Source of the DNA: Mobula hypostoma
Taxonomy: Eukaryota
Assembly: GCF_963921235.1 (NCBI RefSeq)
Contig: NC_086097.1
Span: 26,476,001 to 26,540,000 of the forward strand
Direction: 5' to 3'
DNA: 64,000 bases
Shown here: positions 13,829-27,208 of the stretch, piece by piece
Position numbering within the stretch: the stretch's first letter is position 1
How the letters are laid out: every line of letters starts with the position of its first letter
Made by a program: the position numbers and the translations under genes
The notes under the pieces: model-generated
Told to the model about the DNA's origin: nothing
The model's input: only the letters and a program-made list of their open reading frames with translations
The model's database searches: none

Positions 13829-16800
13829 AATTATTTAAATTCAAACATAGATATACAGCACAATTAGATCTATTTTTTAAACCTTTTTTTTGGAAAGATA
13901 TTAACAAAGAATCAGTAAAGGACAGATTATTAGTTGGCTACAAATAAGAGAGAATCTGCAGATGCTGGAAATCCAAGCAATACACTCAGCAGGCCAGGCA
14001 GCACCTATGGAAAAAAGTACAGTCGACGCTTCGGGCTGAGACCCTTTGGCAGGCTAGTCATTTAGAATAGAAGTGCCTGGCTGAGGTATGACATTGTCAG
14101 TTGGAGATTCATATTACTTTATTTACCATAAGTACATCAAAACACACAGAGAAATAGGCGTTTGCGTTAACAACCACCACAATGCAAGATTGTGCTGGGG
14201 GCAGCCCGCAACTGGTGCCACGCATTGTGGCGCCAACAAAACCTACCCACAATGTTCAACAGAACAAACAAGCTCCACATTCCAGCACCAACATAGCACG
14301 CTCGCAATGTCTGGCAGAGTACACAAGCAACCAATATCAACTGAATAGCAACAAAACAACATCAAAACAAGCGCCTTACCTCCCACCCACCAATTCAATT
14401 CCCGTTCATTAAAATTATTAGTAAACCAGAATTGGCTTGATCAAAATGTTAATAACTGGAAGCACTCTTCACAAGTCCTAAACTATCAGAGACAACAGTT
14501 CTGTAACATACAATTCAAGTTGTATAAAACTTAGCAAATTAAAAGCCATGAAATTAAAATGTTCTTTACAATATAGAAATAAAACTTGCTAAGGTAGCAA
14601 AGGTGAGAAATTGTTTCTCAAATAGAAATGATCAGTATTAGTATGTTTATTTTTCTTGACACATATTAATGGCCTGGACCTGAGATCCAGAATACATATG
14701 AAAATATTTGAATGGGACCAAGGAAAAGTAAGTTCAGTTGCATTGATATAAAAGAAACATTACTGTTCAGGAGCGGTGAAGGGTCTTGGCTCAAAATGTT
14801 GACAATAGTCTTTTCCATAGACGCTGCCTGGCCTGCTAAGTTCCTCCAGCATTTTGTGTATGTTGCTTGTTATTCAGGAGCAGCAGGTATGCGTAAATAG
14901 GGTTTTGATAGATGTATTAAAAATAATTGAGGACTTTAAAAGGGTAAAACCACAGAGAAAAATTCCAATAGCAATTTTGAGGGTAATTGGCAAAAAAAAA
15001 ACAGGAACAACATGATGACTTTTTTTTAAATAGAGACTCAAATCCACCTAAAACACCTCGGCTGAATGTTGGGAAACAAAACCAGAAGTCATGTTCAGAA
15101 CAGAATTCAAGATTGTTTAAAGTAATTTTCAGTACACAAGGGTAAAGGAGAACAAATAGTTGTTACTCTGGATCTGATGCAACACAAAAAAAAACACAGT
15201 AAGATAAAAAACATAACAAAAATTAAAAACACAGTAAATATAAATACACCATGCTGTAATTGTTATGTGGTTATATTGCAGGTCGGTGGGACTAGCTGAG
15301 AGAAAGCATTCGGCACGGACTAGAAGGGTCGAGATGACCTGTTTCCGTGCTGTAATTGTCATATGGTTATAAGATAGTGAATATATATAGATTGATTGTA
15401 TGTCCATAAAGTGACACTCGGCACATGTGTGTCTGTACATAAGGTGACTCTGATAGGAAATGATAAAATAGTGGTGGAGGGGTGGGTTAGTAGTTGGAGG
15501 TGTTGATCAGCCTTACTGCTTGGGGAAAGTACAGTTTTTGAGTCTGGTGGTCCTAGCTTGGATGCTACATAGCCTCCTCCCTGATGGGAGTGGGACAAAC
15601 AATCCATGAACAGAGCGAGTGGGATCCTGCTTGGTGTACTGCCCCTTTTCCAGAACATTTCTGTACACACGTCATTGATGTTGGTGATGTGTTGGACAGT
15701 TTTGACTACCTATTGTAGAGCTTTCAGGTCCTCCACAGTGCAGTTTCCATACCATGCAGTGATGTAACACGTTAAGGTGCTCTCTGCTGTGCATCTTAGA
15801 AGGACGTGAGTATAGATGTGGATAGTCCAAGCTCTCTCCAACCTCTTCGGAAAGTAGAGATGTTGGTGAGTTTTCCTGGTTGTGTAAGATATTTTCTGGG
15901 ACCATGAGAGGTTGTGCGAGATGTGCACTCCCAGCAGTTTGAAAATGAGCTACCAGCGGAGGTGATGGATGTGTGTTTGATTTCAACGTTTCAGAGAAAT
16001 TTAGATAGGTGCATGGATGGGAGAGGTATGGAGGGCTATGGTCTGGGTGCAGCTCAGTCGGACCACAGGCAGATTAATAGTTCAGCATAGACTAGATAGG
16101 CTGAAAGGCTTCTTTCTGTGACATAGTGTTCCATGACCCTATAAAGTCATATCTAACTTTAGCTTCTCTCTCTACACAACAAACGCTGAATTGCCAGCAG
16201 TTTAAACCTGTTCACAAATTCACACATAATGTAGAGGACTGAAAAAGGATGAATGAAAAGGCAGCGTTTTTGACTGGGGACCATTCACAGAGTGGCACAA
16301 TTCAAACTCCAATAATTGGTAACTGCACAGCAAGAGGTGGGAAAACTCATGCAAGTGTTGATCTTCTCAGCGATGACAAGTGATAATACAAAACTAATAG
16401 CATTTTTCACACACAGCCACCTCATCAGTTACATTTGTACTGAGCCAAGAAGACTCAAATATAGATCAGTGTTATTACATTGGTACTTTTCTCAAGAAAA
16501 CAAAATGACATTTACAAGCTCAAAGCAGACAGAGGGAGCCGGAATGAAGCCAAGCCCATTTGTTTCTATGAGTGCAAAACCACCACTGGATTTTAAAAAC
16601 ATTCAAATATTTGAGTACTTGGCCATTCTGATGAGTTCATTCAACAAATTATTATAATTGCTGTTACATTCACAAATTGCCACAAATTCTGCAGATGCAC
16701 ACACAAAATGCTGGAGGAACACAGTAAGTCAAGCAGTATCTATGGAAGGGAACGACCAGTTGACGTTTCAGGCCAAGACTATTCATCAGGACAATGAAGG

Positions 16801-17279
16801 ATCTTGGTCCAAAACATTTCTGAAAACTGAAATGTTTCCGAAACTAGCAATTTTAATAATGCCTCAATATGCAAGAAACATCAACTGATTTACAACTGAC
16901 ATTCCCAAAGATCTATCCCACAATTAAATGAATTATTTCTGCTATCCACTGTCAATGCACTAGAGCATTGATATATATACAAAAAATCTTTTTTCAAAAT
17001 CTGATACTCTTGACTGCACCCGACACATTTTTGTAACACAAGTGCACCAAAGTACACACCAAGTTCAAATCACCAAGAGATAAAAGCAAAAAATTTGATT
17101 TATATAACACCTTTCACCACTTTTAGAATACAGAGCATTCGGGGACAATCAATGAAATGGCAAGTGCAGTTACAAATCTAACGTTAGAACACAGAACAGA
17201 CCAACCTGTCTACACTGACCATGATGCCAAATTCAACTAATCCTATTTGCATACATGTGCCCCATATACCTCTCTGGAA

Positions 17280-20200
17280 CACAGAACAGTACAGCACAGT
17301 ATAGGCCTTTAGTCAGAATGCTGTGCTGACCTATTAACCGATTCCAAGATCCATCCAACCTTTTCCTCCACAGGTCTCCATTTTTCTTTCATCCATGTGC
17401 CCATCCAAGAGTCTCTTAAATGTCCCGATGTACCTGCCTCCACCACCGCAGGAAGTGTGTTCCATTCATCTCTCACTCCCTGTATAAAAAGACCTAGCTC
17501 TGACATCCCCCCTATACTGTGCTCCGATCACCTTAAAATTAAGCATCCTCATGTCAGCCATTTCCACCTGGGACAAATTCTCTGGCTGTCCACTCAATCT
17601 ATGCCTATTATCATCTTGTATACCATCAAATCACCAATGAGACCATTTAGACATAGGCCACTTGTACCATCGAGTCTGCTCCGCCATTCCATCATGGCTA
17701 ATTTATTATCTCTCTCAACTCCATTCCCCAGCCATCTTGACATAACTTCTGACACCCTGACTAATTAAGAAGCTATCAACCTCTGCTTTAAATAGACCCA
17801 CTGACTTGGCCTCCACACCCATCAGTGGCAATGAATTCCACAGATTCACCACCCTCTGGAAAAAGAAAATCCTCCTCACCTCTGTTCTAAATGGACATCC
17901 CCCTAGACCATGGGTTCCCAACCTTTTTATGCCATAGACCCCTACCATTAACTGAGGGGGTCCGTGGAACCTCTTCACTAGACTGCCATCTGTTCCAAGA
18001 CTCACCCAGTAGAGGAAAAACTGTCCCTACATCCATTCTATCCAGACCTTTCAATATTTGATAGGTTTCAATGGGATAGCATCCCCCCCCCCCCCAAATT
18101 CTGCCAAACTCCGGAAATTACAGACTCAAAGCCAGCAAACGGGGCTCATACATTAATCTTTTCATTCTCAGAATTATTTTCGTGAACCTCCTCTGAACTC
18201 TCTCCAATGCCAGCACAACCTGCACGTTAACCTTTAGGGAATCCTGCATAAAGACTCCCAAGTCCTTTTGCACCTCTGATTTCTGAATTTTCTCCCCATT
18301 TACAAAATAGTCTACATCTTTAATCCTACCAAAGTGCACGACCATACACTTCTCCACACTACATTCCATCTGCCACTTCTTTCCCCATTCTCCCAACCCA
18401 AGTCCTTCTGCAGACTCCCTGCTTCCTCAACATTACTTGTTCCTCCACCTACCTTCATATCGTCTGCAAACTTGGCCACAAAGCCATCAATTCCACCATC
18501 CAAATCGTCCACATATAACGTTAAAAGCAACGGGCCCTACACCAACCCCTGCGGAACACCACTACTCACCAGCAGTGAACCAGAAAAGGCCCCATTTATT
18601 CACACTCTTTGCCCCCTGCCAGTCAGCCAGTCTTCTATCCATGCTAGTATTTTTCCTGTCATCCCAAGGGCTGGTCATACCATAGGAGATAGGAGAATTA
18701 GAATGTTCGGCCCTTCATTATGCCTGATCCATTTCCCTCTGAGCCCCATTCTCCTGCCTTCTTCCCACAACCCATCACACCCTGACTAACCAAGAACCTA
18801 TCAACATCTGCCCTAAATATACCCAAAGACATGGCCTCCACAGCCACTTGTAGCAACTAATCTCACAGATTCACCACTCTCTGGCTAAAAAAATTCCTCA
18901 TCTCTGTTCTAAATGGAAGTCCCTCCATTCTGAGGCAGTGCCCTCTGGTCCTAGACTTCCCCAATATAGGAAACATCCTTTCCACATCCACTCCATCTAG
19001 GCTTTTCAACATTTAAGAGGTTTCAATGAGATCTTCCCTCAGTTTTCTCAATTCCTGCAAGTACAGGCCCAGAGTCATTAAGCGCTCTTTATACAATAAT
19101 CTTTCATTCATGGAATCATCTTTGTGAACCTCCTCTGAAAGCTCTCCAATATCACCACATCCTTTCTTAGATAAATGGCCCAAAACTGCTCACAATACTC
19201 CAAGTGAGGCCTCACCAGTGCTTTATAAAGCCTCAACTTTATATCCTTGCTCTTACATTCTAGTCCTCTCAAAACCAATGCTAACATTACATTTGCCTTC
19301 CTTACCACTGACTCAGCCTGCAAATTAACCTTTAGGGAATCCTGCATGAAGACTCCCAAATCTATTTGTACCTCAGATTTTTGAATTTCTGCCCATTTCT
19401 AATATAGTTTTCGCTTTTGCCCTTCTGCATGTTAGCATGACGATACACTTCCCGACACTATATTTCACCTGACACTTCTTTGCCCATTCTCCTAATCTGT
19501 CTATGTCCTTCTGCAGCCTCCCTGCTTCCTCAACACTACCTGCCCCTTCACCTATCTTCGTATCATCCATTATCTCCACCTATCTTCGTATCATCCACTC
19601 TCTCTACCTATCTTCGTATCATCCACTCTCTCCACCTACCTTTGTATCATCCACTCTCTCCACTTATCTTTGTATCATCCACTCTCTCCACCTATCTTTG
19701 TATCATCCACTCTCTCCATCTATCTTTGTATCATCCACTCTCTCCACCTATCTCTGTATCATCCACTCTCTCCACCTATCTCTGTATCATCCACTCTCTC
19801 CACTTATCTTCGTATCATCCACTCTCTCCACCTATCTCTGTATCATCCACTCTCTCCACTTATCTTCGTATCATCCACTCTCTCCACCTATCTCTGTATC
19901 ATCCACTCTCTCCACTCATCTTCGTATCATCCACTCTCTCCACCTATCTTTGTATCGTCCACAAACTTGGTCACAAAGCCATCAACCCCGTCATCCAAAT
20001 CACTGACACCACTAGTCACTGGCAGCCAACCAGAAAAGGCTCCATTTATTCCCACTCTTTGCCTCCTGCTAATCAGCCAATTCTGTATCCATGCTAGTAA
20101 CTCTCCTGTAATATCACGAGCTCTTATCTTGTTAAGCAGCCTTATGTGCAGCAGCTTGTCAAAGGCCTTCTGAAAATCCAAGTGTACAACATACGTCAAT

Positions 20201-21060
20201 TCTCCTTTGTCTCTTCTTTGTCCATCCTGCTTGTTATTTCCTCAAAAAATTCCAACAGATTATCAAGTAAGATTTTTCCTTAAGGAAACCATGCTGACTT
20301 TCTCTATTTTATCATGTACCTCCAAGTACTCCAAAACCCCATCCTTAAAAATCGATTCCAACATCTTCCCAACCACTGAAGTCAGGCTAACTGGCCCATA
20401 ATTTCCTTTTGTCTGCCTCCTTCCCTTTTTGAAGAGTGGAGTGACATTTGTAATTTTCCAGTCCTCCAGGACCTTTGCAGAAGCTAGTGATTGTTGAAAG
20501 ATCATTACTCATACACCTCTCAACCTCCTTCGCTCCAAAGAGAAAATCCCTTGCTTGCTCAACCTATCCTCATTAGACATGCACTCTAATCCAAGCAACA
20601 TCCTGGTAAAATTTCTCTGCACCCTCTCTAAAGCTTCCACAATCTTCCTCTAATAAGGTGACTAGAATGAACCACAATACGCCAAGTATGGTCTAACCAG
20701 AGTTTTAAACAGCTGTAATATTACTCTGCAGCAATTTAAATTCAATCCCCCAACTAATGGAGAACACATCAAATGCCTTCTTAATTACCCTATCAATTTG
20801 TGCAGCAACTTTGAGTAATCTATGGAAGTGGACCCCTCTGTTCCTCCACACTGCTAAGAATCCTGCTATTAACCCTATATTCTGCATTCAAGTTCAACCT
20901 TCCAAAGTGAATTACTTCACACTTTTGCAGACTGTATTCTATCTACCACTTCTCAGCACAGCTCTGTATTCAGCCAATGTCCTGCTGTAACCAATAACAA
21001 CCTTCTACACTATCCACAACATTGCCAATCTTAGTGTTAACTGCAAACTTAATAACATAA
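17280..21060 (-). mobile_element. Cluster of stacked or nested CR1 LINE fragments (at least 4)
   Basis: RT motifs LDFQKAFDK, KFADDMKVG, LVRPHLEYCEQFW and QRVVNLWNSLP recur on the minus strand, with several separate 3' tails. Confidence 0.85.
19549..19962. repeat. 28-bp minisatellite, about 14.7 copies
   Basis: Unit CACCTATCTTYGTATCATCCACTCTCTC starts every 28 bp from 19549 to 19941, with no spacers. Confidence 0.95.
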
Positions 21061-22407
21061 CCTTGATCTGCTCCATTGCTTTGGGTGTTCACACATTCTA
21101 TCTAAATGCCTCTTAATTATCGAAACATGGCTGCCAATATAAATACAGTAGGAAAAAAAGTAATAAAAATCTAACAATCTCTTTTCATAGTGTTGAGAGA
21201 TGGATATCTACTAACTAGGGTACATAAGATAACAAAACTGTGTTATGGAGTCGTTACGGACCCTCCAAGGCTCCTGCTTGCTTGCATTTCATCCACGGCT
21301 AGTAATGTTCAAGATTGAATGTGAATTTATTATCAAAGTCATATGTGTCACCATAGACTACCCTGAGATTCATTTTCTTGCAGGTATTTACAGTAGATAC
21401 AAAAGAAACAATAGAATAAATTAAAAACTACACACAAAGACTAACAAAGAATCAATGCGCAAAAGAAGACAAACTGTGCTAATGCAAAAAAAAAGACAAG
21501 ACAGATTAGATAGATAGATAGTGAGATCATGAGTTGTCGAGTCTTTGAAAGTATAAGTTATGGAATCAGTTCACAGTTGAGGTGAGTGTGAAGTTATCTA
21601 TGCTGGTTTAGAAGCCTGATGGTTGAAGGGTAGTAACTGTTCCTGAACCGGATGCTGCAGTAACTGCTTCCCCATGGCAGCAGCAAGAAGAGAGTGTGGC
21701 CTGGATGATGGGAGTGCTTGATGGTGGGTGTTGCTTTCTTGTGGTAATGCTCCTTGTAGATGTGCACAATGGTGGAGAGAGCTTTTCCTGTGACCAACTG
21801 GCCTCTATCCACTACTTTTACTAAGTTTTTCCATTATGGACACTGGTGTTTCCATACGCTAAATAACCAAACAATGGTGCTTGTTTACAACATCAATACG
21901 GGAAGATTTATGTTTCTAAATTTAACATTTCACTGATGAAATGAATTGGGGTACTGATTTTTTCCCACCACAATAACCACAGACACCCTGCCATCATTAT
22001 TTAAGGACTTACACCTACATGGATAACTTCACTCACCTCAACTCTGAACTGACTCCACTACCTACAGATTTACTTTTAAGAACACTGCAACTCATGTTCT
22101 ATGCATCAGTCTTTTTTATTTGCACGTTGCTTGTTGCCAGTCTTTACGTGTAGCTTTTCATAAATTCTATTGTATTTCATCATTTTCCTGTAAATGCCTG
22201 CAGATAAATGAATCACAAGGCCATATATAGTGACATGCAGGTACTCTGATAATAAATTTACTGTGACTTTCACTTTCCACAATGGCGAGAAATTGCTAAT
22301 CCTGTAAGATCCAACAGTATTTAGTAATTTTTTGTGGGCCACTATGTCAGAGGCAGCCACAAAAATCCAAATACATCACAGCCCTTTTCAAAAACACACA
22401 TACAGTG

Positions 22408-23048
22408 CAGACATCCCACCCTGCAAAAACTCATTTCAGGGAGGTAGCACCACCGTTTCAGGGAGGTAGCACCCCCACCCCCCGCAACCCTATATTCCAC
22501 CCCCCCCCCCCGGTCAACCTCGAAGGGTGTATGTAATACTTTGTTTAGTGATTTTGTCTAATCTGTAAACCAAGTTGGGTCTATGCAGAAAATGTGACAT
22601 TAAAATATGTACTTATATTATTATGTTTATTCTATTACAACTTTAAGCAAGTTTGGCCTCATCACATAGGACATCAATAGCGTAGCTCCTTAGCAGCCAG
22701 CCAGCTAGTTTAAATAACGTTAGCTACGCTAATGAACGAATGACACCTGTTAAAGTCACCTCAACATGTCTTTTACATTTTAACCCACCATGGGCAACAG
22801 AAAAGTCATTGTTGCAAACAGCACAGCGAGCAACACTGTCATTATTTTTCAGGTCGACTGTAAAGCCTGTCCACAGAGAAAACTGATAGGTCTACTTAGC
22901 ACGAAGAGAGACCAATCAGGACTCTCACTCTCGCTCTCCCTCTCAAAAAAATTGACTTGAGGGATATTGTATATAAATTCCGGGCATCAGGGAGCCGCTA
23001 TCAATATGCGGGAGAGTCTCTGAACTTCCAGGAGAGGTGGGATGTCTG
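22408..23048. mobile_element. Non-autonomous DNA transposon, 641 bp, 13-bp TIR, 6-bp TSD
   Basis: CAGACATCCCACC at 22408-22420 and GGTGGGATGTCTG at 23036-23048. ACAGTG is duplicated at 22402-22407 and 23049-23054. Confidence 0.85.
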
Positions 23049-23049
23049 A

Positions 23050-24663
23050 CAGTGGCATGCAGAAGTTTGGGCACCCCTGGTCAAAATTTCTGTTACTGTG
23101 AATAGTTCAGTGAGTAGAAGATCAAATGATCTACAAAAGTCATAAAGTTAAAGATGAAACATTCTTTCCAACAGTTTTAAGCAAGATTAGTGTATTATTT
23201 TTTGTTTTGTACAATTTTAGAGTGAAGAAAAGGAAGGGAGCACCATGCAAAAGTCTGGGCACCCCAGGAGATTTGAGCTCTCAGATAAGCTCTCAGACCT
23301 TAATTAGTTTGTTAGGGCTATGGCTTGTTCACAATCATCATTAGGAAAGGCCAGGTAATGCTAATTTCAAAGCTTTATAAATACCCTGACTCCTCGAACC
23401 TTGTCCCAACAATCAGCAGCCATGGGCTCCTCTAAGCAGCTGCCTAGCACTCTCAAAATGAAAATAAATGATGCTCACAAAGCAGGAGAAGGCTATAAGA
23501 AGATAGCAAAGCGTTTTCAGGTAGCCGTTTCCTCAGTTCGTAATGTAATTAAGAAATGGCAGTTAACAGGAACAGTGGAAGTCAAGTTGAGGTCTGGAAG
23601 ACCAAGAAAACTTCCCGAGAGAACTGCTCATAGGATTGCTAGAAAGGCAAATCAAAATCCCCGTTTGACTGCAAAAGACCTTCAGGAAGGTTTAGCAGAC
23701 TCTGGAGTGGTGGTACACTGTTCTACTGTGCAGCAACACCTGCACAACTATGACCTTCATAGAAGAGTCATCAGAAGAAGACATTTCCTGCATCCTCACC
23801 ACAAAATTCAGCATCAGAAGTTTGCAAAGAAACATCTAAACAAGCCTGATGCATTTTGGAAACAAGTCCTGTGGACGGATGAAGTTAAAATAGAACTTTT
23901 TGGCCGCAATGAGCAAAGGTATGTTTGAAGAAAAAACGGTGCAGAATTTCATGAAAAGAACACCTCTCCAACTGTTAAGCATGGGGGTGGATCGATCATG
24001 CTTTGGGCTTGTGTTGCAGCCAGTGGCACGGGGAACATTTCACTGGTAAAGGGAAGAATGAATTCGATTAAATACCAGAAAATTCTGGAAGCAAACATCA
24101 CACGGCCTGTAAAAAAGCTGAAGATGAAAAGAGGATGGCTTCTACAACAGGATAATTATCCTAAGCACACCTCAAAATCCACAATGGACTACCTCAAGAA
24201 GCGCAAGCTGAAGGTTTTGCCATGGCCCTCACAGTCCCCCGACCTAAACATCATCGAAAACCTGTGTAGAGACCTCAAAAGAGCAGTGCATGCAAGATGG
24301 CCCAAAAATCTCACAGAACTAGGAGCTTTTTGCAAGGAAGAATGGGTGAAAATCCCCCAAACAAGAATTGAAAGACTCTTAGCTGGTTACAGAAAGCGTT
24401 TACAAGCTGTGATACTTGCCATAGGGGGTGTTACTAAGTACTAACCATGCAGGGTGCCCAAACTTTTGCTTCGGGCCCTTTTCCTTTTCTGTTACTTTGA
24501 GACTGTAAAAGATGGAAATAAAAAAGTAATCTTGCTTAAAATATTAAAGAAATGTGTCATCTTTAGCTTTATGCCTTTTGGAAATCAGTTCATCTTTTAC
24601 TCGCTTAGCTATTCACAGTAACAAAAATTTTGACCAGGGTGCCCAAACTTCTGCATCCCACTG
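23050..24663 (+). mobile_element. Full-length Tc1 transposon (IR/DR type)
   Basis: TIRs CAGTGGCATGCAGAAGTTTGGGCACCC...GGGTGCCCAAACTTCTGCATCCCACTG|TA, with inner direct repeats near 23250 and 24451. Confidence 0.95.
23422..24444 (+). pseudogene. Tc1 DD34E transposase, 340 codons, single in-frame stop at 23926-23928
   Basis: ORFs 23401-23928 and 23998-24444 share a frame. Paired-like HTH, GRPR AT-hook, WTDE, QQDN-x-IIE (34 residues between D and E) and WPSQSPDLN are present. Confidence 0.92.
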
Positions 24664-27208
24664 TATAATGCTGGAGGAACTCAGCAGGTCAGGCAGCATC
24701 TATAGAGAAGAAGCAGTCGATATTTTGGACTGGCACTTTTCATCAGGACTGGAAAGGAAGGGGGCAGTAGTCAGAATGGGGGGGGGAGTAGAGGAGGGAG
24801 GAGTATAAGCTGGCAGGTGATAGGTGAGATCACATTGAGGATGGGAGGGGGGAGGAGATACTACAACCTACACTGATTCTAACTAATTACTTTTTCATCG
24901 TGTTCTATTTAGCTCACAGAAATACCCATGAAAAAAAGAATAATTAAGCCAAGACTGCTCGGTCAACAATAGGAGTTTTATTTAAAGTAGCAACTGCTGA
25001 AATGTATTTCCTTTCTCAAGATTAGGAAGAATAGAAAGGGAAATGATTTTTCTCTAGAGAGCAAAACTGCTGTTGACCACTAGTGTGGATAATTTCACGC
25101 ACTCAATACTGAACTGATTCCACAACCTAAGGACTCACTGTCAGGGACAGTACCACTCATGTTCTCTGGTTCATTTTTTACTATTTTTTTTTGTATTTAT
25201 AGCATGTCTTCTTTTGTACACAGGTTGCTTGTCCGTGGTTTTTCATTGATTCCATTATGTTTCTTTCTATCTATTGTGAATGCCTGCTAGAAAATGAATC
25301 TTAGGTGACATAGACATAATTTGATAGTCCAACTGCCCAATGCAGAAAAGCGATCTCTTCTATCTCCAGGCCCAAACAATGTTTTTTTAATGCTCTTTAA
25401 TCTCCCTTCCTGGTAAGGCAGAATATTACCAAAGACAAAGTGACATACCACATCCCCTGAAGGTTTATAGAGCCATAGAACACCACAAATACTAAGAGGA
25501 AGAAATCGGCATACCACCAATTTGAAATCCAGCACTGCATGGACACTTGATTTATGGAATGTGAATCAACTAGGTCTAATGCCACTCCTATTCTGAGAGG
25601 AGACAGGTTGACAGATCACTGCTTTGTCACTATGGCAACTGTTTGCTTTTTGTATCAACTGAACAGCATTGCTATGGTAATACATATACAAGAAAGAAAT
25701 TCCTCTCCAAAGCTGAATAGCAGATGGCAATGAATTCAAATTCACATGCATAGGTTCAATGAACGTTGGACTCTCAGAAAAACTTGCTCTTCCACATGCA
25801 CTGTCCATGTCAAGAGCAGCCTTGACCCCAGAGGCTTAAAATCTGACTCCCTTCAGAAGCGACAAGAGAAATGACTTCAATGTTTCTGGTACATATTAAT
25901 AAAAAATATTTCAGTGAAATTCATCTTGATAATTTCAGCATTTGATTGGTGCCAAAATGGTTAGCCCACTCATTGGTGAGCCCCTCCAACCAGTTGCCTT
26001 CAAACCTGATGCTGATGATGTACAATTACTCCGCCACAATTAGTTCAAAAACAGTCTACCTAATTACCGGCACAAAGTAAGTATCCAATGCCCACAAATC
26101 CTCAGCAGCAGTCAAATATTATTAAAGAATAGATCAGCTTTACTATGTCGCAGGTACATCGAAACATACAATGAAATGTTTTATTTGCGTTAATGACCAA
26201 CACAATCCGAATATGCACTGGAAGGCAGCCTGCAAGTGTCGCCATGATTCCGGTGCCAGTAGAGCACGCCCAAAACTTACTAACCCTTACTAATCTGTAG
26301 TTCTTTGACATGTGGGAGGAAACCGGAGCACCCAGAGGAAACCCACACAGTCACGGGGAGAACATACAAATGCTTTACAGACAGTGGTGGGAATTGAACA
26401 CTGATTGCTGTCGTTGTAAAGCGTTGGCTCACTGTGCTGCCCGCAATGCATTATCATAAGCATGATATCTGTACTATACATTAACACTGCTTTTCTCTCA
26501 ATATGCCAAAACTGGATTGTCGGAGTTAAGGATAATCTATAGAGTATTTGCTAAGACTGTCACTAATTTAATTTTTTTGTGAACAAGGTGAACTACAGGG
26601 CAAGAGGCAATGTGATTAAAACTGAGGATAAAAGGGATGGAGGTCAGCAGTAAAAGATTGAAAAGAATAGTCCAGCATTATCTTTTAATAGTACTGATGA
26701 AATAAAAGTTTTCAAGGAAGGTAAAAATAAAGATTTAGATTATTTATCTTACCAGTTTTACTTCTATTTTTTTCCCCAAAGGATTGTTGTTGCCTGTATT
26801 GTTCTGCCGAGCAATGTGAGCATGCTGTGTTGGCACAGGAATGTGCCGTGACATTTGAAGGCTGCCCCCCCCCATATCTTTAGGCTATGTTCATTGTTAA
26901 TGCAAATTACATAATTCACTGTATGTTCTGATCTACATGTGATAAATAAATGAATGGATTTTACTAATATTTAATGGATTTATTTCAGCAACTGTAGTAT
27001 TTTGCTTTTAGTTCACTTTTATGCAGTGGACTTGAAATTTTGGAGAAAGTTTAGTCTGCAGTTGCAAGTAAAACCAGTAAATCTATAGGAAGACTGGATC
27101 AGTACTGATCATGTACTTAATTTGGAAGCACATACTATATAAATTTTCCTTTGGTATTAGCAACCCATTCTTTCAATTTGACTCCATCACAAGCAGTATA
27201 GTGTCATA

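Noticed and set aside
19549..19962. 28-bp repeat array as a CRISPR array
   Set aside because: Units are head-to-tail with no unique spacers, there are no cas genes, the context is eukaryotic, and the unit derives from CR1 RT sequence.
19480..20173. Long ORFs (167-205 aa) on the + strand
   Set aside because: They are stop-free translations of the minisatellite, antisense to CR1.
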